Below are positions 47,842 through 58,950 of a stretch of 64,000 nucleotides of DNA, piece after piece. Source of the stretch: Octopus sinensis (lineage: Eukaryota); the NCBI RefSeq assembly GCF_006345805.1, contig NC_042998.1, forward strand, positions 137,640,001 to 137,704,000. The letters are read 5' to 3'. The stretch's first letter is position 1. Each line of letters starts with the position of its first letter. The notes beneath the pieces were generated by a model, which saw only the letters and a list, made by a program, of their open reading frames with translations, searched no databases and was not told the DNA's origin. The position numbers and the translations under genes are program-made.

Positions 47842-49171
47842 TGTTGAATCTAGAAAAGGAGGACAGATTCTCCGTATTTATTCCGGTGCTGAAACAGTAA
47901 TGGTCCGGTTGACAAATAATACAACTTGGTGTCCAACATATAAAACGATTAATTTTAAAACAGATAGCAATGACTAGCTGACAGCAGTTAGTTATAAGAT
48001 AAGCGAATTATGTTCATGTCAATATGCTATATCATGTCTTATCACATTAATACACATATGACAGCAGATTTCGAAACTATCTGTACAGATGGACAATGTC
48101 GGTAGCTAGTCATGACTTTTACAGTGAAGTGTAAAGGCGGCCGAAACACGAGAGGTGGCTTACTGAAGAAATATTAACTATAGGCCGCACCATCTTGAAT
48201 AGGAAACTACCCGGATGATGTGCCCCGACATGACGCACTACCATCCGAGCTTCCTCGCCTGGTTCTTACGATAAATTTATCGCGAGAAAAATAAATAAAG
48301 AAGTGAATAAAAAATAACAACCCATCAAATAAATGTTTTTATTAAATATAATTTTAAAAAACTATCATCTGAATTCTTAAATTCTTTGAAGTAGAATTAT
48401 TTAGTTTTTATTTAGTTTCTTTTTAAAAGTTGTAAAACCAGATTTAATAATAATCGAATATTTATAACAAAATTAATTTTTCTGCGGATATATTTTTAAT
48501 AAAACGAGCTAATCTTTGAGAACTATTTAATTATATTACAGAAAAATAAAAACATTCGAAAGAATTCACTAAACAGATCCCAGAAATGAAATAAAAATAC
48601 TTTACCTCGATGTTTAGATATAGGTATATATTAATCATAATAGGTTTCACTGAAAAAGCTAACTTTTGATATTTTAATTTATTTTTGTCTTACATCAAAA
48701 TCATTGTTAAACTTCCACTTAAAATTAATTGAAACTATCTCATTAAGATGAATTACCTCATCAATATAAATATTTACACATGGTGTTTATTTGGTAATTA
48801 AATTATATATTTTCTTTGATTTTTCTATTTTTTTTTATTTTCGAACTTCATGCTGAATACTGAAGTTAAACATTGAACATAAAACATTCGCCACTAGCTC
48901 ATCATGTCAACTAATGTGCGTTTCCTGACATTTTAGTTAAACATTTCGTTAAAATGTTAAGTTTCCTTAAATTTTACTCCATAAGAAAAAATAGTCAGTA
49001 TTTTTAACTAAAAGGTACTTTAAGTTCCTAAAAATAAAAAAGTTGATTTCGGAAAAAAAAAATCTTTCTTTTCACCCATGATTCCAATGTGTTGAAAAAA
49101 ATTGGCGCGAGTCAGTGTTCTTGGGCAAGTGTGCGCGCATGTGGTCTTTGTTGTCTGTATTCTAAGCAAAG
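47842..49171. promoter_or_regulatory. Divergent (head-to-head) REPS1/RBBP4 promoter region and 5' UTRs
   Basis: Lies between two oppositely oriented start codons 1.33 kb apart, with CpG-rich patches at ~48130-48290 and ~49100-49145. Confidence 0.8.
49084..49141 (+). promoter_or_regulatory. RBBP4 core promoter: CCAAT boxes, E2F-like site, TCAGT initiator, NRF1-like motif
   Basis: CCAAT 49084-49088; ATTGG 49101-49105 overlapping TTGGCGCG 49102-49109; TCAGT 49112-49116; TGCGCGCATG 49132-49141; ATG at 49172. Confidence 0.5.
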
Positions 49172-49190
49172 ATGACGGATAAAGACGGAG
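49172..49190 (+). CDS. RBBP4: RBBP4/Caf1-55 coding exon 1 (MTDKDG, phase-1 donor)
   Basis: ATG ACG GAT AAA GAC GGA G|GTAAGT splices in frame to 52785, giving [15 protein letters not shown] (compare human [15 protein letters not shown]). Confidence 0.88.
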
Positions 49191-51959
49191 GTAAGTTATA
49201 CGTTTTTATTGACAACAGTCTTGTTACTATCTTCTTAAACTTATTCTTTTCCTGTCACAGTGTTTTAAGTTATGTCATAAATTGTTTTGAAGCCCTACTA
49301 ATCTTAAATGATAAGATACTGTTTTCTTTTATTTGTTTTTTTTTTTAATTTTTCTTTCTGTGAAAATTGTGGAGCGATCTCGAAAAAACGAAACGCCGCT
49401 TTTGCATTCTTATTCCGTTTGTTCATTTATTTTATCCTGCTCAAGTTATTTGATTCGTATTTGTACCGTATCCCCTTATTTGCTACTTCATTATTTTTCG
49501 GAAATTTTATTGTTTACAGAAATTGGCTCCTATCAATAAATTGTAATAAGAATAACCATTGACAGCACACGTTTCTCTTGTTTATTGTAGACACATCGAA
49601 AAAACATCAATAGGCTTTTTATTTTTTGTTTGCTTTCTTTTCATGGTTTAACGAATTCTCTACTGTGTTCTTTAAATACTGTTGTGATAAATGTCTAGTT
49701 TTTCCAATCTCCTAAGTCCAAGTCTCCCCCCTCCTCTATCAATTTCCTTCCTCTGGTGTCGGTGGCAGCCATACTGTCGTCCTCTTTACTTCACCAACTG
49801 CTGCTTATATCGCTATACCTTTTCGTATTATCATCCCTTAAATCACTTCATTTTTTTTTTACTCCTATCTAGTCGCTTTAAATCTTGTTTCCATTCAAAA
49901 TACTGAATTTCATTTTTATATAAATACATATGTATGCAATATATTTGAACATGTTGCATTGATCTTGTTATTTAACGATCATAAGAGACGTCTTAGTAGA
50001 AAAAAAATTTTGTCCGAATATAATTTTTCTGTCTTGTTTTTCTTTCTAAAACTTTTTTCTCTTAATCGAAGCATTCATTCAATGTTTTTTAATAGCATTT
50101 TTATTATTTTGTAAAGTTTTCGAATTAGCATGGATATTTGAATGCGAGCTCATAGAATTCTCGAATCAATTATTTAAGATCGTCCACCATAATGAAAAAC
50201 ATCGGGTAGAAAATAGACAAGTTAGTCGGCTTTGTTTTGTCTTCTATATTTATTGATGGTCATCGTTATTTGCTTTCTTTTTTTTTTCTTTTTTTTAATG
50301 GGAATCGACGTAGTTTTTCCTGAATTTTATTTAACGTTCCATATTGAGTAAAAATCTGTATTAAACATCTTTGAATAACTTTATAAAGTTGGAATGAGAA
50401 GATAGAATATTTTCGCGTTTTCCGTTTGTATTAGTCGTTTTCTTGAAAACCAGAAGTTCCATTGTTTGGGGGGGGGGGCTTCCAAGTCAAATAAAAAATG
50501 TGATATTCCGATTGTAATCATTTTTTTAAACTTCACAGTGGATTAAATATTACTATTTATAAATTTAAATTCGCTTGGATATCCTATATTAATGTCTTAA
50601 ATATAAGGAAGTTGGTGAGGAATATTCAATTCGAGGGGCGGGGAAGATGGGTGGGGTGTGAATGGAATACAACCTTTGTAAAATCGTTCCAAGTTGATAT
50701 AGTTGAAATTTCACATGCAAACAGTTTTACAGTTTACTCTTTGACTAAAACAATTATAAGGAAATTTAAAACAAAAACTCAAGTACTAAAGTATTGGGTC
50801 GATATAATGGATTAAAACCCCTGTACGGGATGCCCCAGCATGGCTGTCACCCAGGACCGCAAAGAAAATAAAACCGATTCTTCGTGTTGGACGTGTAAGA
50901 TGACCCCAAGCGATTTGTGATGGTTCACAACTGCTTTTTTTTTTTTTTGTTAATGCTTACTGAATGCGAAAATAAATCCATTATTATATATGAAGGGCAA
51001 TAAAACTGGGTTTGGAGATTAACTTGAAAAGTGAAATTTAGTGGCAGCCAAACTAAGCCGTTTGTACATAAAGTGTGAATTGGAAAAGGATACCATTTTT
51101 AACATTAGATTAGAAAGACTTTTAAAGAAAGCCTTAAATATCAACTAAGTGTTAGTCAGAACTTTCGAAATTTAAAAAAATATTCAATCCTTTCCAATGC
51201 ACTGGATTGGTTGAAAGCAATTGGGAACTTAGTAATTTGATGATCGAGATGTTTGAAAAGTTCCGAGGGTTATTGTAGGTTGAAAATGTTGGGTTGGGAA
51301 CGAAACATTTTACAGAGGAAATATACTTTATGAGCACTGTGTAGAATTTGGTTAGGGTGTGATCAGAAAGTACTCAGCTGATAGTTACTTGAAGTGACAC
51401 TTGATCAAGAATTAGTTCCTTGATGGGGATCTCTCCGTGGTTTTCATGTCTAGTCAGATTACCAAATTGATTGTATTCAGCAGGTTTACAGTTAATACGT
51501 TAGCACTGCATTATCTGTGATAAAGATACTTAAACCTTACATAATCCAGTCTACCTTAAATAGTTGTGTAGTGGTAATAACAAATGGCAGTGAGCAGTTT
51601 AATTTTGTATTGTGGTGAAACATGGGCACTGCCAGGCTGAGGTATCTGAAATGAAAACTTTCCATTAGTGCTTCTGTGATTCAATTAGTTATGAGTATAT
51701 CTAACATTTTAAAGTATGCTTACCAGTTAACAGCAGTGTTGTATATGAGTGACTTGGACCTTCACTTAATATCCACATCATATCATCCATTAATGCACAC
51801 GTGCTTGATAGTGTTAATATGTAGAAAGATTTGGAAGGCTGGCATGTTTGTGTGAAATTCCTTTTCAAAATGGAGAAAACTTTTACTGATCCTTTTTTAT
51901 AGAAAGGATTGTTTGAACCATATGCTATGTCATGAGTAGTGTTTAAAATCAAGAAAAAC

Positions 51960-52450
51960 CCTATATCAAAGATTATTCCAATACGGGTGACCCTTCCATG
52001 CTAACATGTAATGATTACTGTGTGAAGGTACATGCTGTGATTTGCGAAATTTGTTGCCTAACTGCCCTTGGGGTATCCAAAAAAGTGTCACATGTTTGTG
52101 AAAGAACAGTTGAAGGTACATCATTGTGTTGCTACAATTTGTGATGTTTCTTCTGTCAGCTGAACAAAAGAGAAACAAGTTGCAGTCAGGAACTGTTTGA
52201 TTGTTATACTAAAAGGTATAATGTAAGTGTACTGCAATGATATCGAAACAAAAAGATAATCATCACAGCAGGTTGGGTTAAAATGGCTGTTGAGAGTTGC
52301 TTAAATGCGATGGTAATGTTTTTGTTTTGTTTTTTTTTTTTGTATTTACTGGAAGGGCATTGTTCACGATGTTCCATGTGGTTGAGTAATCAATGAAGTG
52401 TTTTACTGAGATGTTTTGGTGCATGGATAAACAATACCTGGATGCTGCAC
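51960..52450 (-). mobile_element. Possible highly decayed Penelope C-terminal/GIY-YIG relic
   Basis: Fragments YPCTK..., TIAFKQ.., TFNCSFTN echo PLE motifs (YHP, PIIAYRQ, FTCTSxN), but the frames are broken. Confidence 0.25.
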
Positions 52451-52783
52451 CACAACACTTGTTCACGTATTACTCTTTATATGCATGGCTCTTTTGATGA
52501 AGCACAAGATTACTCATCCTGCTAGACACTACTTTCTAGATTTGGCTCTTGTGGACTTTAAGCACATACACTTTCTAAAGATAAAATCCACCAAGACAAA
52601 AGATCAAAATCAATTTTACCTGAACTATTCTTGAAAATGTTTCAAAAACTAGGGAACAGGTTGATTAAAAAGCTCATTTGTTTTATGGACAGATCTCCTA
52701 TTTGACACAAATATCCTTCAGTAGATGAAATGAGATTTATCTGAGTAGTAAAGTCATCTGATAGTTATTTTTCTTTTCTTTAA

Positions 52784-52960
<177 letters not shown>

Positions 52961-54839
52961 TAGTTTCATATTCACAGTATTAGATGGGTGATGGTACATT
53001 GTTCTTTTAGTTGTCTTACAGTGACAGTGTGGTCCACTAACTTAATGTAAATACTGGGAAAATATATCTTAAATTGCAATGGGGGATTTTATAGTTTCCA
53101 GCCATGGGGTTGGATTTCACATGAGAGCTTTACTCATCACAGCCTTTTGTAAAAGCAAATCTCTGTCTCTTTGTTACTGGCAAGGAGTCTTTTATTGTTC
53201 TGCTACCTACAGATGTATAAAAACATTAATTTTACTGTACTTGGTTAAAAGTAACTGCAAGTCCTTTTTTGCTGACTTCTTACTGAGCCAAAAAATTGTC
53301 TGAGCAGTGATCCACAAAGGAGAACAGCGAAACAAAACGATAAGTGGGAAGTTTTCTGCAACAGGAATTTTCAGTGAAATGTGTAAAGAGTGAATACTGG
53401 AAATTCCTGCATAATGCAAGGTGTTAATGAGTCTGAAAATGATTTTTATTAGAAATGTGATTATTTCTGAAATTTTTTAGCTAACCAGCAAAATAAGACT
53501 CAATACTAGTTACTGAAATTAAAAAGACTGACAAGGTTTTTTTTTTTTCTCCTCAAATGTCTACACTTCAGCTTAGTTATTTTTTGGTAGTTTACTGGCT
53601 TAGGTCATTAGGCTGTAGCCATGCTGAGACACTGCCTTCAATGTTTTTAATGGATCATCTCAGTCCTGTTGTTTATATTGCTCTTAGGGCAATGGGCTGG
53701 CAGAATTGTTAGTGGCCATTCATTATTGCGTATACCATGACTACATTCTCAAATAAAATGGCATTTTATGTGCTAGGCTCAAATCCTGCCAAAGTCAGTA
53801 AGTGCTGGGATCAAATATAATCAACTTAATTATCTTTCTCCACCCCACTCCAAATTGCTGAGCCTTGTACTAAGAAATTTGAAACTATTTATTCATTTTA
53901 TCAAATGTGTAAGTTGTTTTTATGAACACAATTTTACTGGCAGGTAGGTGTGTGTGTGTCTGTATACATGCACACACACATGACACAACTGTCTTCTGCA
54001 CTGTTTCTATTGAACTCCATAACTGCCACACAGTGGGGTTAACACTGGACCTAACAGGTATAGAGCCAGCTTCTAAACCATGTATCTGTGTGTTTTGGGG
54101 AAATTTGTAGTAACTTGGATGTGAATATACTGTTAAAGCCAAAAGCTGGTAGCTTATAAAAAAAAATTGATGTTATATTAGCACTAACACACAATAAGTG
54201 AATGTATATTTTGGCATGTACGGAAATAAAATAGAAAATATGTTGTATTTGGGGAATAAATGATTAGAAGGATTGGAATTAGTTGAAAAAGTTTGCTTAA
54301 CCAATATCAAAATTGACCTGAGTTTCATAAGCTGTTTTTTGCCACTTTTGAAACCAGAAGTGTCAATGGATACTGGAAACACAGACGGCATGATGATATA
54401 TTTTACATTTGTTTTTCTTGCAGAGAATTATGTTAAAATGAAATGCTTTAAATTATGTAGCAAACGAGAGCTTCCTTATTTTTTAAACGCAAAGAAATAT
54501 ATTTGAGGAAATAAAACAAATGTAGTGGGCTTAGCTGAGAGATACCTATATATTGTGTAACTGAGCATTTTTCAAAACTGGAAGTTGAATAGTGTTGACA
54601 TATTTTATGAGGAGGGGACATTAGTAATTATTATTTTGATTCTTCCATAAAGTATGGAAGGAAAGAATGTATTGTTTCTTTCAAAATTAGAAATGATGGT
54701 TGCAAAGATAGATTCAGCAGAGAACCATTCCAGAAGCTTGTACAATAGTACAAGCTTCAGAAGAAAAATAATAAAAGGTTTTTTAGCAACTATTGAAATG
54801 ATCCTGAGAGTAATTTAAGATTATTTGATACTTTGTTAT

Positions 54840-56080
54840 AATGCAAGAAGTTGGTGATGTGTGTGTGTGGATAGACGAAACACCCACCAAGACGGTGGTG
54901 AAATGATATAGTGATTCAAATAGGAAGGGAACAAGAGGGTGTAATAGCAGAAAAGACATTGCATGAAAGCTAAAGACTGCAGAGGTATGGGAGACATATA
55001 GGAGGAAACTGCTTGAACATATGGATTCATAGAAAGGTCAGGGATAGGTATTTAAGATTACAAAGCAGAAAAAATGGCCTTGGTGTAGAGCAGTGCTCCA
55101 CAACCATTTTTCACTTGTAGTACACTTATATTCTTTCCAAAATTTGGTGGCACACCTGAACTAAAATTATAAGGGAGAAAAAATTATATTCACGTTACAC
55201 TGTGGCACACCTAGCATCATCTTGTGACATACTGATGTAGAGTGATATGTGGGCTACTTGGAGGATGAATTGCAATAGTGAAATCCAAATAGAATTAAGG
55301 AAAGTTGGAAGAGATATAGATGTATGGAGAGGTTTGTTGAATGTGAAAAATTAATGTGATTACAACATTATATAAGAACAAAATAGTTGTAGAACCTTAG
55401 AAGCAATAACTAGGAAAGAAGTTAAGGTGGTGAGGACTGAGCCTAAAGATTGGAAAAGCAGGATTGCCTCTGAATGTTGTGGGAGATATGTTAGAAATAG
55501 AAAGTTGAGGTGTGGTAAAGATCTGTTGGGTGTTGATGAAAGAAAACTATTCCAGTAGATTTGGGGTTGAGTACTCTCATTTCTTTGTACAAAAGGAAAG
55601 ATAATCCTCCTGGACTGTGGGGTTCATATAGAAGCATGGAATTAAAGTGTTGAAAAAGATGATGTAGATTAGTGTTATCAGGAAGTGAAATTTTTTTAAA
55701 CACTTACAGGAGAAAATAATTTTTTCTTGAGATTGGTGATCTATAAAAATTAACAGGATTCTGCACAGAGTGGTGGCATGAGCAGTGAGAGATTTGAGGA
55801 ATGATTGATTAGGATAGTGATGTTGATCTGAGTGGGTATGCACAATTTTGAAGAGCTGGAACTGGTGAGAAGTATTTGTGCCAAAAGCGAGAAAGGTATT
55901 GATGTGAATTCCATTAAATGTACAATGTGATAGGTTCATTAACTTAGTGGTAGACGTTTGTGTAGAAAGGGCTGCAGTTGAATTGGAAATGATGTGAATC
56001 TAGGGTTGGAAGCATTATCAAAGAGAAAGTGGATAGTATGAAATGCACATGAAGGTGTTCCAAGAATTGAGTGACAATCT
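54840..56080 (+). mobile_element. Old RTE LINE relic (RT N-terminal region)
   Basis: GKAGLPLNVVGDMLE (cf. GKAAGPSGVVAEMLK) and IPVD..STLISLYKRKDN...GSYRSM (cf. IPxDWxKSxLVxVYKGKGD...GSYRxIKL). Confidence 0.65.
55091..55234. mobile_element. hAT (Charlie-like) MITE nested in the RTE relic
   Basis: CAGTGCTCCACAACC...CATACTG flanked by an 8 bp near-identical TSD GTGTAGAG / ATGTAGAG; internal GGCACACC repeats. Confidence 0.75.
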
Positions 56081-56275
56081 AATAGTGGGCGGACATTTTG
56101 CAAATTGTGCTAGACACTAGATTTCATAATTTGAATGCCTTCAGCTATATTTCTAATGACATACACAGCTTATGTGCTTTAATTAATTGTGGAAATATTC
56201 TAGAAAGTTAGGAATTTAGTAATTAACAAACAAAAAGAAAGAGTTTTTGTCCACCCCTCTATTTTTCTGTATTAA

Positions 56276-57441
56276 CCCTTTCATTACTATATTTCTGACC
56301 AAAATACACCCCTCATGAGTTTCAATTAAATTCTAAAATAATCATTAAACAACTGTAACTTTTTTTACTTATCAACATATTAATGTGATATTGGGAACAT
56401 AATTAAAGAAAGGGTTCTTAATCAATTCTATTGCGTAACTTTTGTCTCAAAGTGACTTTAATTACAGGTAAACTGAGCAAAAGGTAAAAATATTAAAACT
56501 TTGTTTAAACATCACCATAGATGACTCATTAGCTAATATTCAATTGATATGCAACAAAATTTTGATATAGAAGAATTGTGCACATCACTAGATCATCAGG
56601 TGAATTTAATGCACAACTGAACAGGTGTACCATAAAGGTGAAATTAACTGAAATCCACCGCAAGTTTGACCGAACTAAAAAAATTGGTTGAAAAGTAATA
56701 TACGGCCCTGGTTGTGGTATAGAAGTGATAAATTCCAGACCACATTGTACCCTAGGCCATGCTGACTAACATTATTTTCCCTGTATAAAAACTAAATCCA
56801 CAGCAGTACCCAGTAGTTGCTTCACAAATTTTCCAAACTTTGATCCCCTGTTTCGTGGTCTTTCTTACTGTTTGTTTACATTCTGCATAACAGTTTGTTT
56901 CTGCAGTGATCGCTTCCTAAGAAAGACTAAGGATAGACCCCATCTCTTCAGAAAGATTGCTAATAAAGACATTTTTGAAGTTTTTACTTCATTCCAATGT
57001 AAAATCATCATTGCTGTCGCTATCGCTGCTTTCAGTTTCGGATACAGAAATGTCCTATTCATTCTCGTACACCACATGCTTTTGTACCTCATTCATTCTT
57101 TTTCATGATATCTCCATATTTTCCATTGAAAAACCTTTAAATTCAGAATCACTGCTTGATAGCATGAAACTCCTATCGATTTTCAAAGTTGAAAAAACAA
57201 TCGATGCTGAAAAAATGTGGGGGAAAATCTCCCAAAGTTCACTGAGTTCAGGTATGACGTCAAGCAATGTCGGAGACTATAACTCCACTATTTACAAAGT
57301 GAAATCACGTATTTTCACAACTGTACTAATGTGATTTGTGCTTAAATTCACATTTAAATAACAACGGGTACTCTCAGCTGGGTTGGTCTTATGAACCAAA
57401 AAATTTTTCGAACAGCTACGGCCGGGTTATTATCGAAAGGG
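56276..57441 (-). mobile_element. Internally deleted piggyBac transposon
   Basis: TTAA|CCCTTTC...GAAAGGG|TTAA. Minus strand encodes an acidic N-terminus (ETESSDSDSNDD), then KTTKQGIKVWKICEATTGYCCGFSFYTGK, GLGYNVVW and FFSSVKLA. Confidence 0.9.
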
Positions 57442-57489
57442 TTAAGCTAGTGTTTAGGTCCTATAAAATTGTGATAGGAAATTCATTAA

Positions 57490-58517
57490 AATTTTTCTTT
57501 CACATGTTGCTACCCAAAATACACTCCTTGTTTCAATTGCATTCTAAATTATATTTGAATTTAGACTGGTTTCATAAGATATCTCTTTATTAACCAACAT
57601 ATTAATGTTATTTTTGGAACGCAATTTAACAAAAATTTCTTATATCTATTTCATAATTTTTATCTCAAAGCAAATCTAACTACAGGTAAATTCAAAAAAT
57701 ATAAAATTATTAAAGTTTTGTTTAAACATCAGCATAGAGAATGTGTATACAAAATTTTAATACAGAACTGTGCAAATTCCAGGATTGTCTATCAGTTGAA
57801 CTTAATGCACATGAGATACATGTATCGTAATGGTAAAGCAGAACGATATACTGGAATTTGTCTTCGAAGAAAAGTAGGAAATGAAATACACACCATCAAC
57901 TAAATGAAAACTCACACCCTCAAACTATCTTTTTTACTTTTTTGTTTATATTCTGTGGAAAGATTTGTTTCTTCAATAATCACTTCAAAGGAAAATGGAC
58001 TAATGATTTTATTCCCTTGGAAAGACTGTGGCTAAGTCTAAATTTTTCCTAGAAATAACTCAGCCATTTTTAAACTTTTACTAGTCAAGAACTTTTTTTA
58101 TTTCTTTCTTTATTGTTACTGTACCTGTTAGAATTATTTTGCTTTCAGAAGCAGAAATATCCTATTCATAATCACATACATGGTTTTTATGTTTGCCATG
58201 TATTTTGCTAGATTTTTCTGTCTTTCAAAAATATTTTGAATTTAAACTTGCTTGATGACATAAAACTGGTATCCAGTTTTCGTCCATTTTGGAACATTTC
58301 AGAATGCTGAAGTGGAAAAAAAAGTCTCCAAAAATTCACAACGTTGAGATATCATATAAAATAATATCAGACAGTGAAATCACATAATTTCACGAATGTA
58401 CTAATGAGATTTGCACATAAATTCTCATTTAAATACAAATAGGTTATTTCAGGCAGGTATGGGTGTTTTGGGAACATCAACCAATTTTTTATCAAAGGCA
58501 AGTTGGTTTCAAAAGGG
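57490..58517. mobile_element. Second, more eroded piggyBac-derived element in tandem
   Basis: 57505-57745 repeats 56295-56525; 58290-58517 repeats 57200-57441, ending AAAAGGG|TTCA. Confidence 0.7.
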
Positions 58518-58645
58518 TTCAATACAGTAGGTTTTGAATCTCATGAAACTACAAGCAGTGCCAGATTGGTTGATATCAGAAAAGTTAAACAACTGAGTTG
58601 TAGCTGCTATTTAAGGGCATTACACATAGCAGTCGTTTATTTTAA

Positions 58646-58859
58646 CCCTTTAGCGTTCAGATTACTCAGTCAGCTGTAATGCATATTCATATTGTTTTGG
58701 ATTTATCCAGCATTATTTTGTAACCTTGATATTTCAATGAGTGACTGTTTCTGTTCAAAATAACATTCTAGGGTAGGTGTGAGATGCCAGATCTGGTCAG
58801 TTTGGATATTAAACATGTAGAATATTTTGGTCACAAATGGCCGGTTTAAATGCTTAGGG
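58646..58859 (+). mobile_element. piggyBac-type MITE abutting the RBBP4 exon 3 acceptor region
   Basis: TTAA|CCCTTTAGCGTTCAGATTACTC...AAATGCTTAGGG, the same family as 41940-42117. Confidence 0.85.
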
Positions 58860-58899
58860 TTTTGTTTTTTTCAAAGCAAACTTTTTTCTTTCTTTACAG

Positions 58900-58950
58900 A
58901 CCTGAAGGAAAGGACTATTCGTTGCATCGGCTGATTCTGGGAACACATAC
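58900..58950 (+). CDS. RBBP4: RBBP4/Caf1-55 coding exon 3 (51 nt)
   Basis: TTTACAG acceptor; (R)PEGKDYSLHRLILGTH(T); GTAAGT donor at 58951. Phase matches exon 2. The next expected exon (SDEQNHL...) was not found in the window. Confidence 0.97.
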
